Shown piece by piece: positions 9,787 to 23,786 of a DNA stretch of 64,000 nt. The notes beneath the pieces are model-generated. The model was not told the origin of the DNA. It saw only the letters and a program-made list of their open reading frames with translations, and did no database searches. Source of the DNA: Eledone cirrhosa (lineage: Eukaryota); assembly GCA_964016885.1 (NCBI GenBank), contig OZ024740.1, forward strand, positions 385,082,001-385,146,000, written 5' to 3'. The position numbers and the translations under genes are program-made. Position 1 is the stretch's first letter; each line of letters starts with the position of its first letter.

Positions 9787-12570
9787 ACCAACAGGTGACG
9801 GGGGTAGCCATGGGTACAAGAATGGGCCAGAACTATGCCAACCTTTTTGTTGGCCATGAGGCCCAAATCTTTGCCCAGTACACCGGCCCCACGCCCGAAC
9901 TGTACGGTCGTTACATTGACGACTGTATCGGAGCCACGACCCTCACCCAAGAACAGCTCGACTCCTTTCTCTCCTTCTTCTGCTCCTTCCACCCCTCCCT
10001 CCACTTCACCACCTCTATCTCCACCACCCACGTCCACTTCTTAGACATCTCCGTCGCCTTCGACCCCTCCCACCACTCCCTCGTCACCTCCGCCTTCTTC
10101 AAAGCCACCGACTCCCACTCTTACCTCGACTTCACCTCTTCCCACCCCACCCACACTAAACACTCCATTCCCTACTCCCAACTCCTCAGGATCCGCCGCC
10201 TCTGTAGCCGAGATGCTGACTTCGAGTCCCAGGCCCTTTCCCTAGTCAGCCATTTCATCCGCAGAGGTTACCCCCCCCCCTCTCGTCCACACCGCTCTCA
10301 CCCGCGCCCGTGCTGTCCACCGCTCCACCACCCTCACCCCACGCCACCGCACACCCACCCACTGTCTCCCCTTCCCCATCACCTACCACCCCTCCACCTT
10401 ACCCCTCCACCGCACCATCCGCCGCCTCTTCCGACGCCTCCAGTCCGACCCCTCCACCTCCCACATCTTCCCAACTCCACCACTCCCCTCCTTCAAACGC
10501 GCACGCAATCTCCGCACCCTCCTCGTCCACAGCTCCTTACCCCCCAACGCACGCTCTGTTTCCCCCCCAGGTTCCTTTCCCTGTTCTAGGCCCCGCTGCA
10601 ACACCTGTCCCCACATCACCAACACCACCACATTCCAGGGTCCCAACGGCCACTCTCTCTCTGTCCGGCATGCCTTCCGCTGCACCTCCTCCAACCTAGT
10701 CTACAGACTTATGTCGGACAGACGGGACGTCGCCTGGCGGACCGATTCACTGAGCACCTCCGGGATATTCGTCTCGGTGGTAGTTCCCCCATCGCCCGCC
10801 ACTTTGATGGCCCTGGACATTCCGCACGCCATCTCACAGTCTGTGGCCTACTCCAATGCCACGGAACACCCGCCAATCGCCTTAGAGTCGAACAAAGAAC
10901 TATCTTCATCTTACAGACCCACACTCCCCCCGGCCTGAACTCCCCACCCTTATTCCTTTAGCCTTCAACCGCCCCTCTCCCCCCACACTTATCCCCCACT
11001 AACACCACTAACACACCCCTCCTTTTCAACTCCCACCCCACAACTAACAATACTAACACCTCCACTCCACCCCTCATCCGACCACCCTTCCCCAACTTAC
11101 ATACTAATATCTCTCCCTTCTTCTCCTCCTCCCCCCTCCTTATCACATGCACACACCCACCGGCACATATATACACGCGCTCACACTAAACACACACCCT
11201 ACTACCACCACTAACCCTCACCCCCACACCTCCATCCCACCACCCCGCAACTAACCTCACTAACACCCCCTGACCACAAACACACGAACACACGCACCCA
11301 CTTACACCACCCACCCCACACGCAACTAACATCACTAACACCCCCCAACCCCACGCACACGTACCCACACACCCTCGTACACCACCAACTCTACACACCC
11401 TACCACCACTAACCCCCACTCACACCTGCATTCAACCCTTCCCCACCTCCTGTATACTAACACCCACTAACACCCCCTTCATCAAACTACACACACACCA
11501 GTACACTACACTCTCTCCATAGAACTACACACACCCTTCTCTCCCCGCTCCACCCACACCCTCGCTCCACACTCACTCATCCCACTAACACCTCTACTAA
11601 TACACACACACACCCTCCTCTCTCCAACTTTCACACCTAACCATCCTCGCCCCTTTACCATTCCACCGACTGCTGCTATGCCCTCTGACCACCTGCCAAC
11701 ACAAACAGACACACAGCACTTCCACTGCTTGACCACTTCCTGTTGCGCGCGCACCCCACATCTCTCCTCTTCCGACCATCTCTTCATGGAATACTCGTAT
11801 GTGGAACTTGACCACCACGGAATCCACTAAACATCATAGGATTTTACCAACTTTTCAACCATCCTCTTACGGAATCACCTTTATAACTCACCCACACACA
11901 CACCCCAAAAAGTTTCTTTTTCCACACGCCACCTACACCCACAACACGCTTAAACCCCACACACACGTGCTTTCCACCACATATTTACACCCTCAGCCTC
12001 CTGATTCCTCTCCCCCCACCCCTCTATCCACACACGCACAGACACTCCGACCTACAAACACCCCACCCCCCACCTCTTCCTGAACATGCAACCCCGTTCT
12101 TCCCCCAACCCTTACTTTCACATACACACACACACACACACACACGTACACCTACACACACACACCACCTTCAGCCCTCCCCGCTCGGACACCCCGTCTC
12201 CCTCTTCCCACTCCACCCGCCACCACCCTACACACCCCACATCCTTCCACCACCTGTTTTACCCCCTTTTTAATTTCAGTTTATTTTGATCATGCTTTTA
12301 TATTTAATTTTATTTCATTCCTTGTATTTTGATCATGCTTTATTTTTATTTTTATCTTTATTTTTTCATTCGCACCGTTTTCTTTCGCTATATGTCTCTC
12401 CACCACTCCCCTACACACCCTTTGAACTCTGTTCCCACACACTTCTCACCTGAGGAAGGGCTTATGCCCGAAACGTCGTTCCCCACCACCACCCTACTCT
12501 CCAGAGCGTGAAATTAATAAACATTCGTTGTACTGCCTCTCTGTTTTGTTCCTGTTCAAATTTTTCCATT
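9787..12570 (+). mobile_element. 5'-truncated, frameshifted C-rich Penelope-like element (Neptune-like)
   Basis: YQQVTGVAMGTRMG..YANLFVG, RYIDD, FLDI, SHSYLDFTSSHP..SIPYSQLLRIRRLCS; then CSRPRCNTC and YVGQTGRRLADRFTEH..GLN (GIY-YIG); long C/A-rich 3' UTR with HHR; flanked by (TA)n. Confidence 0.9.
12447..12480 (+). ncRNA. Minimal type I hammerhead ribozyme
   Basis: cac CTGAGGA a gggc ttat gccc GAAAC GTC gtt; stem I weak. Confidence 0.75.
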
Positions 12571-13889
12571 ATATATATATATATATATATATTTACTATA
12601 TATATATATATATATATATATACTTATACTCCGTCACAACTCCTATGTGGAAAAAGTACGTTGAGTGCTTGAATTGAATTGCATCAATGTTTACCTTAAG
12701 AATTTAGCTCCAAAACGTTGAGCACTCTATGGTGTAACCGATATAGTGGAGAAGAGAGGAACCAGCCATCAGCTACACCCGGAAATATCCCTCTAGCATG
12801 GGGATGGACTACACACACTGGAAATCCCTGATAATGGACGGACATAAAATTATAAACTAACTTTCAACAGGATAAATACGCGGAAATAAAAACAACGATA
12901 AACCCCTATTTTCATGCAGTAAAGCTTTGCAGAGGCTTTGAACAGTAGCCCCCTCACTTCACCTGATAACAAATCTTTATATAAACAAATTGACAATCAT
13001 ATTAACCACATATGCCCTCATTTCCATGCAGCTTACCTTCCTCGTATATGTTTCTCATATATATATCCTATCTCATTTTACATATGTATCTCCTATCTCA
13101 TTTTGCATCTATGTACTTTATGTATTTTTCGCATCTTTTGTGTATTTTATATTTTGCATTTTTTTTATTGTTTCATGTGATAGAGATATTAACTATGTAT
13201 TCGCCTAACTACTACGCTTCATACTGTAATTTACCCTCCGTTCTACTGTACGGTACTATCGTTCAATGTGTAGATAATATATCTGTAACATTGATCCCCC
13301 TTTCAGAAGTTCTTACTATAACTTAAACATCTCCCTATTTATTAGTTATTATATGTACATATATTTTTTTGCTTACTTCAATCTAGATTCTAACTTGTAA
13401 TTTTTTTAACTTTTGATTTTTGATTTTTAAATTTTAGTTTTAATTTCCAACACTCATTCATAATTTCCACTGTGAACCATAATACCTAGAAATAAGTATA
13501 TATTCTGTTAGCGGTTGATGGTCAATTCTACTGTCCATGCTTAATTTAGGGGTAGTATTGAGACCTATTGATACTCATACTCTTCCATCCCCACTAGCTT
13601 TCGGCCGGCTGCCACTAACACGGTGGCTAGCAGTAAACTATAACCGGGTCATATTACAGGCCTGGATGGGGTCATTGTTTGGTTGAGAGGGGGAGCTGCC
13701 TAGGCGCGTTTCGTAGAACTCTGCGGTAATTGATGGTCAACTTTCTTCGGACTTGCGCCTGCGCAGACCGGTGCGGGGTGAATAGGGACTCACAAAGGAA
13801 CGGGCGAAGAACTCAAGAGCACACGCTTTGTCCGTTCCCATGTCGATTCAATTTGGATTGCCTCGGAAACATAACCTTATGTAACAAGC

Positions 13890-13960
13890 TGTCTGATGAT
13901 GTCACGACACTGGGCGCACCGAACCGTGTGGCCACTGTCATCATTGAAATATGTATCACA
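13890..13960 (+). ncRNA. Hammerhead ribozyme-like motif with extended stem II
   Basis: tgt CTGATGA tgtcacgaca..tgtcatcatt GAAA tatgta TC aca. Confidence 0.6.
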
Positions 13961-14585
13961 ACATTATCATTAAAGGACTTTAACATCTGAAATTACTTCG
14001 CTTTTTCTTATTTGATATATATATAGAGAGCGATAACAGAATAGAGCGATCGTTATACTGTAACCATCGCTTAAAATCTACATTTTCATATTATATATAC
14101 TACCAGGATTGAACGCCTGTCTCCATCTCCGTTTGATTGTCAAAATAGATATTAACATTCTTTATTAGTCTTAATTCTATTAACTCTTCTATTATTTACC
14201 TTTTAACATAAACTGCTATAGATAAAATGAGATTTCTGATTTCTTGATTCAATTCCCTAATGCATATACCAGCTGGCTACTATCATTGATGTTATTCAGT
14301 AGCAATCGAAATCTCCCCCTTCCCCAATTGACACTTTATAATTAATACTACTGCACCAAATGACCAGCCCTGTCCACTGTCCAGTTGGTCAAGTAGAGAT
14401 TAAAATTGGCACTCCCAAAATTCTTATTTAGATTTACTCATGGTATTCTCATTAGAAACCCATTATATACTTGTTTAGCAGTAAATTGATTTACCATCTG
14501 TCATATACTATCCCCTCTTTTTCTTCCTCTATTACTAATATAAATACTTCAATTTTTCTGATTTTATCCAATTTATTCAAAATCT

Positions 14586-14694
14586 CTGAAGAAGTGACAA
14601 CTGATTATACATTTGCTATAGAATACTTGCTAACATTATATGATTACGCAAGCAGCGATACATAGGTATTCCGTCTGTTACAGAAACATATGTC
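14586..14694 (+). ncRNA. Hammerhead ribozyme-like motif with ~90-nt stem II insert
   Basis: CTGAAGA a gtgaca..tgttac a GAAA catatg TC; palindromic ACATATGT; stem I poorly paired. Confidence 0.55.
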
Positions 14695-14854
14695 AATACC
14701 TAATAAATTCCTTTTTAAAAAAAGCACTTTCATTTTATATTCATCCTTTCTACATTTTCTCCGGAATATAATTTATACTCGTTGAGCAAACCTGCACGTA
14801 CGCTGTTCATCTCTAACGTAACGATATATTATCACTACATTATTGATAACCTGA

Positions 14855-14902
<48 letters not shown>

Positions 14903-14907
<5 letters not shown>

Positions 14908-16090
14908 ACAGGTAAACAAATCAGAGAAACAACTGAAATAGAACTAAGAAAGCCGAAGTTGAGCAGTAAAAGTAATGGAATAAAAACAAAAATGATACAC
15001 ACACGCAATACTGACCTAAGATAAATGTACAACAACCACATATAAACACACACTAGTGAACACAGATAGAATACAAACAAACACAGACTCGGACTCGAAC
15101 ACACACCAAACAGTAAACATACATACAAATGCATGCGCAAATAAAGACAAGAATAAATAGATAAATAAATAAATAAATAAATAAATAAAAATAAAAATGG
15201 AATAGACATTTCAATGCAATAGGCGGAAACATAATAGTACCACTGATGATGTCACAGGTGTATGATGAAAGAAATTTGATAGACTATATATATATATTTA
15301 TAGCTATATTTTTAACCGTTGGTTAGTCAATGATAAACATTGATTGCCAGCTAAATTAACTATAGGGATATAAAATATACAGAAGCGAAAACCAACCAAA
15401 CAGTGAGTGTGTTATATCCTTATTTCTGGTTATATCATAACAATATGACCCTCCCCAAATATAACAATATTTGTTTCAACAAACGCTTTCATATCAAAAA
15501 CCTTGCAAAACAAATTCATCGCCGTCACAGCACTAACTGAAATTTTATTGAAAGACATTTTTTTTTTCTGTTATATAAAAACTGCAATAACAAATTCGCT
15601 TCTTAAAAGGCTGTGTTTTCTTCAAAATGTACACCAGGAACGTTTCAAATAAAGTAGAAAAATTACCACTAAACAGAAAACAAGCGGAACATCTAAAACG
15701 CACATTAATGATAAATATGAAAAGAATAACGTATGAAAAAGTTAACGAACTTTACAAACAGAAACGCGTCCATATTAAAAAAATTTAAAATATCACTGCA
15801 CCAAACGAGATAAATAAACTCATGACTATTATTCGACATGAAACAAAATATGCTCAAAACGAATGTAAGAATCATTTAATAAAACATTAAGATAGATGAA
15901 GGACAAAACACAAGAAAAGAGACAACAAAACTTACAAAATTAACCCGACAAGATTGACAATATTTATATGGTAGATGTAACATTATATACAGAGTTTACC
16001 AAACCAGACACTAAACATCTATGGTAACACTATAACCAACGAAGAACATCATATTCTACAACTGCCACCAAAGTTCACTATATATAACAA
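14903..16090 (+). mobile_element. Decayed PLE-family pLTR plus ORF start (MTLPKYNN family)
   Basis: Degenerate HHR CTGATGAtgtcac..GAAAgaaatttgat at ~15243; atgaccctccccaaatataacaat is shared with 25936 and, inverted, with ~25400 and ~45135; 15949-16080 resembles 9635-9775. Confidence 0.55.
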
Positions 16091-16200
16091 GGTAAACACA
16101 GTACGATGCTTGTCGGAAATTGAAAATGCTTCACTAAAATCCGTTGCAATACGAACATAAGTAACAAAAACAAAAATAACAACAATATGAACGGCAATAA

Positions 16201-16311
16201 TAATTGTTTCTACTTTAGGCACAAGGCCAGCAAATATCCAGTACATTACTGGTACTTTATTTTATCGACCCCATAAGGATGAAAAGCAAAGTTAACCTCG
16301 GCGGGATTTGA
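16201..16311 (-). mobile_element. SINE (same family as 3697), 5'-truncated
   Basis: Sequence similarity to 3697-3874. Confidence 0.85.
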
Positions 16312-16721
16312 AGCGAACAAAAATAACAAAAATACGAACGGCAATAATAATAACAACGAAAGTGGTAACATAAACAACAACAATAACAACTTCGACTATA
16401 GAAATAATGACTATAGTAATAATAATAGTCATAACGATTTCATTTATTGACTACAAGGGCCGACATGTAGGAGACAATAGAAAGACATGGACAGTGGGGC
16501 TTTACAATAGGCTCGAGTACAAGTGCACAATGGCATGACTAATTTAACAATGAAGATATAAATAATATAAAATAAACTATGCATAAATATAACAAAATAG
16601 TAAAAAGAAAAAAGAAAGGAAAAGATTATGGCGGGAGGAGAAAACATGCATGTTTAATCAGTCATTTCATAGACAATACATATATATATATGTGTGTGTG
16701 TGTTAAACACTATTTTATAAT

Positions 16722-16912
16722 AATAATTGTTTCTACTTTTGGCACAAGGCCAGGAAATTATTCCAGTGCATTACTGGTACTTTATTTTATCGACACCGTA
16801 AGGATGAAAGGCAAAATTAACCTCGGCGGGATTTGAACTCAGACTATAAAGGGGCGTAACTCTATGCTGCATACCATGGCGTCCGACTCTCCACCGATAC
16901 TGCCAATCCACT
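16722..16912 (-). mobile_element. SINE (same family as 3697)
   Basis: Sequence similarity, including the B-box. Confidence 0.88.
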
Positions 16913-17860
16913 GCAATAATAATATAATTTTATAAAACAGATATCGGTGCATTTTTATTAGCTTTGAGACTGGCTTTCCTCGCTCGCCACAATACTTTCT
17001 TTCACAACGATTTAAAATTAATTTGAAGAATCGGTATATAATAATACTATTTCAAACATATTTGTATTTGATGACCATTCATGAATTACCAAGCCCTCGT
17101 AGCTTAATTTTTGAAATACATTTTTTGTTGCTGTGAGAAATGAAACACGAATCTCAGAGAGAAGCTTCAGCTTTGAAGGCAAAGTTAAGTATATATTCCA
17201 GGAGGGTAACTTGCACTTATGTCATTCAAGCTTTTGAATCTGTCATGATTTAGACAGGGGGATGCTGAACGTGGGTTAAGACGCGTGCATAAAAAATTAG
17301 GTAATACATAAAAAAAATGTAGAGCGCTGCTCTTGTGATACGTACATGGCTGTCTCCTTGAAGCGAATCTGAAACGACGATTATTCTACACATTGAACAA
17401 ATGTAACCTTCACTTCTTAGAATCCATATGAAGCTAGAATTTCAAATATTTCACGAATGTTAAACATATGACATTCACTGTCTTTTCTTTATATGCTGTA
17501 TGCTGGTCATCTTCTGCTTGTAATAATCCGCAGAATAGGAGACAAATGCTTCATTAAAAAGTGACCAAATCTAAACAGTTAAGCTTTCATCCAACAAGCT
17601 ACTTATTTCAACTTATTAGGCAGAATAAAGCAAACTGGTTCGTCATATATAAAAGCTGACATGCAAAGAAGGGTGAATTTAAACCTAACACCTATGAAAA
17701 TGTTTCCAGAGATTTCTTTTGCGATAAATATTCATTCGAACGGTAAATAGTAAAAAGGATACGGTAAATAGTAAAAAAGAAACTGTAAAACGCGTAAATG
17801 GTTGTCTTGGGAGGTATATTATGAGTAATAATATTTTCCCACGGTACAGAGCAGCAGATT

Positions 17861-17895
<35 letters not shown>

Positions 17896-20307
17896 GATTA
17901 GACTCTATTACTTGACTGGTATATAATTTTATTAAAACTCGAAAGGTTTAAAAACAAAGTTGACCTCGATATGAGTTGAACACAGAACGCAAAATGTTGA
18001 GAGAACTACTGCAAAGCGTTTGTTTGACTATCACTTTAACAATTCTATCAATCAACTGTCTAACAAGTAATAGGTGTCAGGTGATCCACTACCGCCATCT
18101 TCGTGGAAAAGATGGATTTTGTATCAATGGATGAAATCAATATTTCTTAGATTTACATTTTTAGAAAGATAACTATTTGTAAATTTATGTTTTTCATGAA
18201 ATGGGTGTTTTGATTTTCATACTTATTTTTCGTATACAATTTTTATATACTATCCGGCAACCACAAGGAATAATGTATCGGTGAACCCTATACCTCTGAG
18301 TAGGCAGGAATAGATACTACCAAGAGTAACACAAAAAACTACTTGTTTTGCTCTCTAGAACATAACCCATTAATCCACTACTGTTACTGGAATATCTCTC
18401 GTTGTATAGTTTTCAAAATGTTAAGTCATATTTTTTTTAAGAAATGACTGGCACATTCATGGTTAGTTCAAGCGAATATAAGAGCTTATCATTCACAACC
18501 ATTGTCAACTATGTAGCTACACTACAACTAGTATCAAACTGTTCCTCTTCTATTTTTAATTAAACCGTTTGGGCCAATGGGAATTAAGTGTCTTAAGCAA
18601 CAACATTTTCGGCCATATTGATCCGACAAGCCGACTATCTGTAGTTAACTGCAGAGACGATTAGATATTCCACAGTATCACAGTTCCATGACACAATTTT
18701 ACTATCTTTAGAGAAGAAGGCCAGGTATAAGAAAGGAATCACTTATAACTTCTTAGCTATGAGTTTATTATAAGTTGACAAAAGAAATGCGGGAAAGAAA
18801 AAGTAATTCATAATCTAAGATTAATCTACATGTATTTTCGTCTATTTAAAATTCTTCCCCCAAAACAGTTTTCTAGAGATCATGAAATTTTTACTTCAAA
18901 ACAAATTATTTTAGAGATCATAAGGATTGATCAAAGAATGTTTAAAGTGTTACTTAAGGCTTGGGGCAGAATTACGTACTTTAACAGAATTAATATACAA
19001 CTCAGTTGAATATAGAACAATGGAATATGTTAATAACAAGCACGAGTCACCCTTTATAACTGCAATTTATTTTTTATTGTGTTGATTTTCTATATTTTCC
19101 TACACTGATAACTTTGAATAAAACAATGCAAATTGATATTTTTAAATGTTCATCATTCAAACTATTATACAACCAAAACTCTAATATAAGATAAGGTGAT
19201 CTACAGAGTAAACGTTGATGATAATTTCGAAGCTAGACTACAGTAATCAATAGTGTGTACCTTGTGAGTAAAGGATAAACGAAAGTACCTGCCAGCTAGA
19301 GAGATGTTTTAGTGTTTAGGGTTGATCTTCTAATGTAGTATATCGCTTTGAGATATTAATAGCTTGCATTATGGGGAGGAGTGTAATTGAGAAATAGGTA
19401 AGTTCTCAATAAGGGAAGAAACAACGAAGTTTCAATCTCCAGGTGAAGCCATTTCACTTATAACGTTAATATCCCTGACAAAGGTTTGAATATGATAGCT
19501 TTTTATTCTCCTCTCTTCGATACATGAGAACGTAGGAACGTGGGAACATGATAAAAATAGTGAATGCCATGATGAAACACCTTTCTGTTTTTAGTTTCGA
19601 TATTTCAGATATGAGTTTGAATCCTTAAGTTGTCGACTTTTATCTTTTACTCTCCACTATTATAAATATATGTGGTCGATTCAATTGAGGACTAAAGAAA
19701 TTCATATTTTCTTTTGGTGTTGATGGAGTCAAATCTCTCTGAAGCTAGTCGGTGGCGTAATTTAATTTCCAAGTTAAAAGGCAATTTACTTTGGGTATGT
19801 TGTTAAATGTCTTTGGAATATAAGGAACATTCCTATTTCCCAACTTCCTTTCTCATAAATTAAAGAAAAGCCTTTGTGATTAATAAAAAATATATATCTT
19901 CCCTGTAGATTGCTCAGAAATGCTAATTTAAGAATATAGAATGGTAATGTTTGCCCATGCGCATGTTAATCTCATTGGTTGAGAGACAGATATATGCAAA
20001 TAACCATGCGTGGATATGTATATTTTTCTGAGGGTCTACATATATTTTACAGGCATTCTTTGGAAGGTGAGATTTTATGATGGTTACACCATTGTTACTC
20101 TTAGGAATAGGTTATTCCAAGCATCCCACCCCTTGTGTATCCCTTTGCACAGCCTTGATGAATGGTGCTTCAGATCAAAAAGCTTTTATCTTCACTGTAA
20201 ATTATCTTTCATATCCCATAAGATGTTGCCTTAGAAAGGAACTCGTGCGAGCTCATACACATTGCACACAAACATGCATACATTCATATATACATACATG
20301 CATGCAT

Positions 20308-20342
<35 letters not shown>

Positions 20343-22559
20343 AACACAAACATACATACATACATACATATAAATATGTGTGTCTGTGTGTGTGTCTGTG
20401 TGTGTGGGGGGGGGCGTGTGTGCGTGCGTGTGTGTGTATGTGTATACAAATTTGGATATAAATACACACAAGTTATATCCTTATGTAGAACAAAATATGA
20501 ATCCTATCGTTAAGAGGAAGAGAAAGACAATAATCAAAATAATGGTAATCTTATCCTAATTCCCTTTAAGAAAGCAATCACACACACTAGAAAGTTCTAA
20601 CCTTCGTTAGAGGCCAAATATGTAAAAGCACTTAACTCTTTTCATGGCTGAATTTTTACTATCATTTGGGTTTTGTTTTTCTTCTGTTATTTTGTTTCGT
20701 TTCAATCATCACTACAAAGAAGGTGTTGCAATGTGCAACAAGCATTGTTCAGCTAAGACATTTACTTAAACATTACTTTCTCTTTTACACATATTTGAAC
20801 TTCCTTTTCTATAATAATTCTTCTCTGTATAATATTGGCAGGAAAATTATCTAGTGTCAGCTATGAAGAACTGGTTAATCTCTGTTCTTGTTAATAGCAC
20901 ACATTCAGAAGTTACTGAGTGAATACGAACTTCGAACAATTGATGCTCAACTACAATAGACTGTTTGGGCAATCACGTGATTAATGTGAAGAAGCAATCA
21001 TTCAAACGAAATTCTTTCCAAACATAATAGCAGTTAATGTTATTTAATAGTGCACTGATCCATAGATGGTGTGTTCAAAATTCAATGAAGTATCATTATT
21101 GATACAGAAAATTCATGCTAGTGTAGTTATCAGACCCATACTAACAGATTTCAAATTTGATTTCGACAAATTTGGCTACAAACAAACGTCAACTAGATTT
21201 ATTATTAAGATAAGGCTCTGCTATCCTTATATATGATTTGACATTTACTTGCAATACAGCTTTCCTACAAAGGATTATTGGTGTATATTATGAAAGCAGA
21301 ACATTTTAGCCAGTTTTATATGTTCGTCACGTCCTATTTTATTAAATTTGAAGGGCGATAGAGATGATTAAAACTACAATGTGCTGCAGTAAATGCATTG
21401 TAGTAATCGATTTTATCCATTTACCTGATATGTTCAAACTTCGGCAAAATCCTGTCTTTTTATCTGTTGAATATATACTAGAAATATACTCTACCAGTGG
21501 TGGGAATGAAACTGTTATAAGTTGAGGATGATTTTCTCTTTCTGGTGGGTGTCTGGAGGATAACCAGTGCATCACATATCGTAATATAAAAGAGAATCGA
21601 GTTCTAGTGGAGGGTAAACTTTTCTGATGTTGTTGTTTAACCCCTGGTCAGCCCATGATCAACAGTGGTACATTTATGACCATCTCGGCAATTTATGTAT
21701 CAGAAACTACATTATCCAATGCATCCTTGGACGGTGTGCTTTGAGGGAGATTAGTTGCTACTAGTAGTGAATCATGCAACGACGTTGCGGTTCTGCCGTT
21801 CATACGTGTAATTTGATATTGAAAACTGATTTCTTCTATAAACCAAACAAAACAAGCTAATAGTACACCTTTCAACTGTTTTGTGCCGCTGCTGCTAATT
21901 GCAGCGAATCGTTCGTACAATGTGGTAAGTTTTTACAGACTGAGAATTAAGGTCATTTGCGAATTAAATATCTTGGCAACGGATACAATATGGTGATGCT
22001 GACAAGATATGAGCCACTGATCTAAAAAAAAAAAACGTTGTTGATGTCTTATCAAATCGCCCATCCGGACTCTCACTGTATTGTCTTTATAGCGTTTTTT
22101 TGTAAAGATGTGCTTGTAATTTGATTTTCCTAAGCGATTATTCTTTATTGGCTAGTTTGATGCATTACAACATGTCGGGTTGATATATGCATGTGTCTCA
22201 CTATATCTTATGTTATTATGATAGATTACATACAGATTTCGTCCTACGTTATCCGGTGAGATATGGATATTAGTGAAGTATATTTACTTCCAAAAAACTT
22301 CGACATTCATTTCATTTGATATTCGCATATAATTTCTATAATCACGCTATTAGTTTTCACTTTAAGCCGAAGGTATAAACCTAATAAAATATCTTATTCT
22401 CATATCTGAGATTAGTCTAATATATATATAGTAGTAGTAGTAGTAGTTGTAGTAGTAGTAGTAGTAGTAGTATAGTTAAGTAGTTAAGAGGAAACTTTAC
22501 GAGAAATGTAGTAAGTGATAAGATCAGAAAACTGGATAGAAATATATGAGTATATAAAG

Positions 22560-23485
22560 GCAATATTTAACTAAAGGATGACAAATAGAACGAAACAAAA
22601 TGTTTTTTTACCCAGTATATTTCATCATAATATTTCAAATGAAAAAACGAAAAACGATGCGTCCTTCTCTGACGGATCTTCCTTATGTTGTGTGTGTGGA
22701 TTGGAGATCCGTGAGGCAGTCATAAAAGCCACTCGGCTCCATATATCTCTCTTCTCTTGTTCATTAGTGATAGCTGTGTTTATAATTAAAGCTTCCTTAA
22801 TTCTTAAATTTCCCACATTCCTCTCCGTTGCCTCTATGGTGACTTCAGTGTCCGAGTTGCGGCGTTTATCAAGGTGTTTGTTGACAGAGGAAATTCTCGA
22901 GGTCATGTACTCCCTGTTCCATATGTGCAAAATCCGGACAGTGCTTACAATGTATGAGGAACCACATCGTCTGTATGTGACTCTGTAGACATACTTTCTC
23001 ATGCACATTTCTTCATTGTTGATGGGACAGTTAGGAAGTGTGCATGTATCGTTGTATGCAGGCTGGGTTTGAAGGATAATTGTTTCTACTTTTGGCACAA
23101 AGCCAGCAATTATCCTAGTGCATTACTGGTACTTTATTTTATCGACTCTGTGAGGATGAAAGGCAAAGTTAACCGCGGCGGGATTTGAACTCAGAATGGC
23201 AAGGGCCGTAACTCTATGCGTCAAAGCATGGCGTCCGATCCTCTACCGATACTGCCAAATCCTTAGAGAGGGTCCCGAATATGCCAGTTGTATGTTCAGA
23301 CCCTCCCTACAGATGATTTGTTGGATAGCACCAGTTGTTCTCTTGGTGAAATGTAGCAGCTTTAAATAGCATATACTATCCCTTGAGGCGCGTCTATTCC
23401 TTGTCCTGTTAGGTGGTGCCTTGTGATCTTGATGTTAAGCGAGAGACGTTGGATAGCCGTTGTCGAGGAGAATTCTCGGGAATTC
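22560..23485 (-). mobile_element. Decayed PLE fragment (thumb + GIY-YIG), interrupted by a SINE
   Basis: ILLDNGYP at ~23470; CTLPNCP..VYRVTYRRCGSSYIVSTVRILH..LRIKEALII. Confidence 0.7.
23078..23260 (-). mobile_element. SINE (same family as 3697)
   Basis: Sequence similarity. Confidence 0.88.
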
Positions 23486-23507
23486 TCTCTCTCTCTCCTT
23501 TTCTCTC

Positions 23508-23581
<74 letters not shown>

Positions 23582-23638
23582 TAAAAAAATAATGAATAAA
23601 ACAATGAAACAGTTCCTTATATTAAACAAAAAAAGTTC

Positions 23639-23786
23639 ATTATTTAACGATCGTTTCTGGGATATATATGTGTTAGAATTGGCATGTATATTTAACAGAT
23701 CTATGTACAAAATTATACAAAATTATACAAACTATCAAAATTAAATATACATACCAACTCTTATATATGCCGTCTTCAGAAATAAT
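23639..23786 (-). ncRNA. Mirror copy of the 23785-23932 hammerhead
   Basis: Other arm of the palindrome. Confidence 0.8.

Noticed and set aside
13604-13660. HDV-like ribozyme starting ggccggc
   Set aside because: No complementary P1 strand or nested pseudoknot found
21342-21575. Possible host exon on the minus strand with a cag|gtaa donor near 21425
   Set aside because: No recognisable protein similarity and no partner exons; cannot be supported
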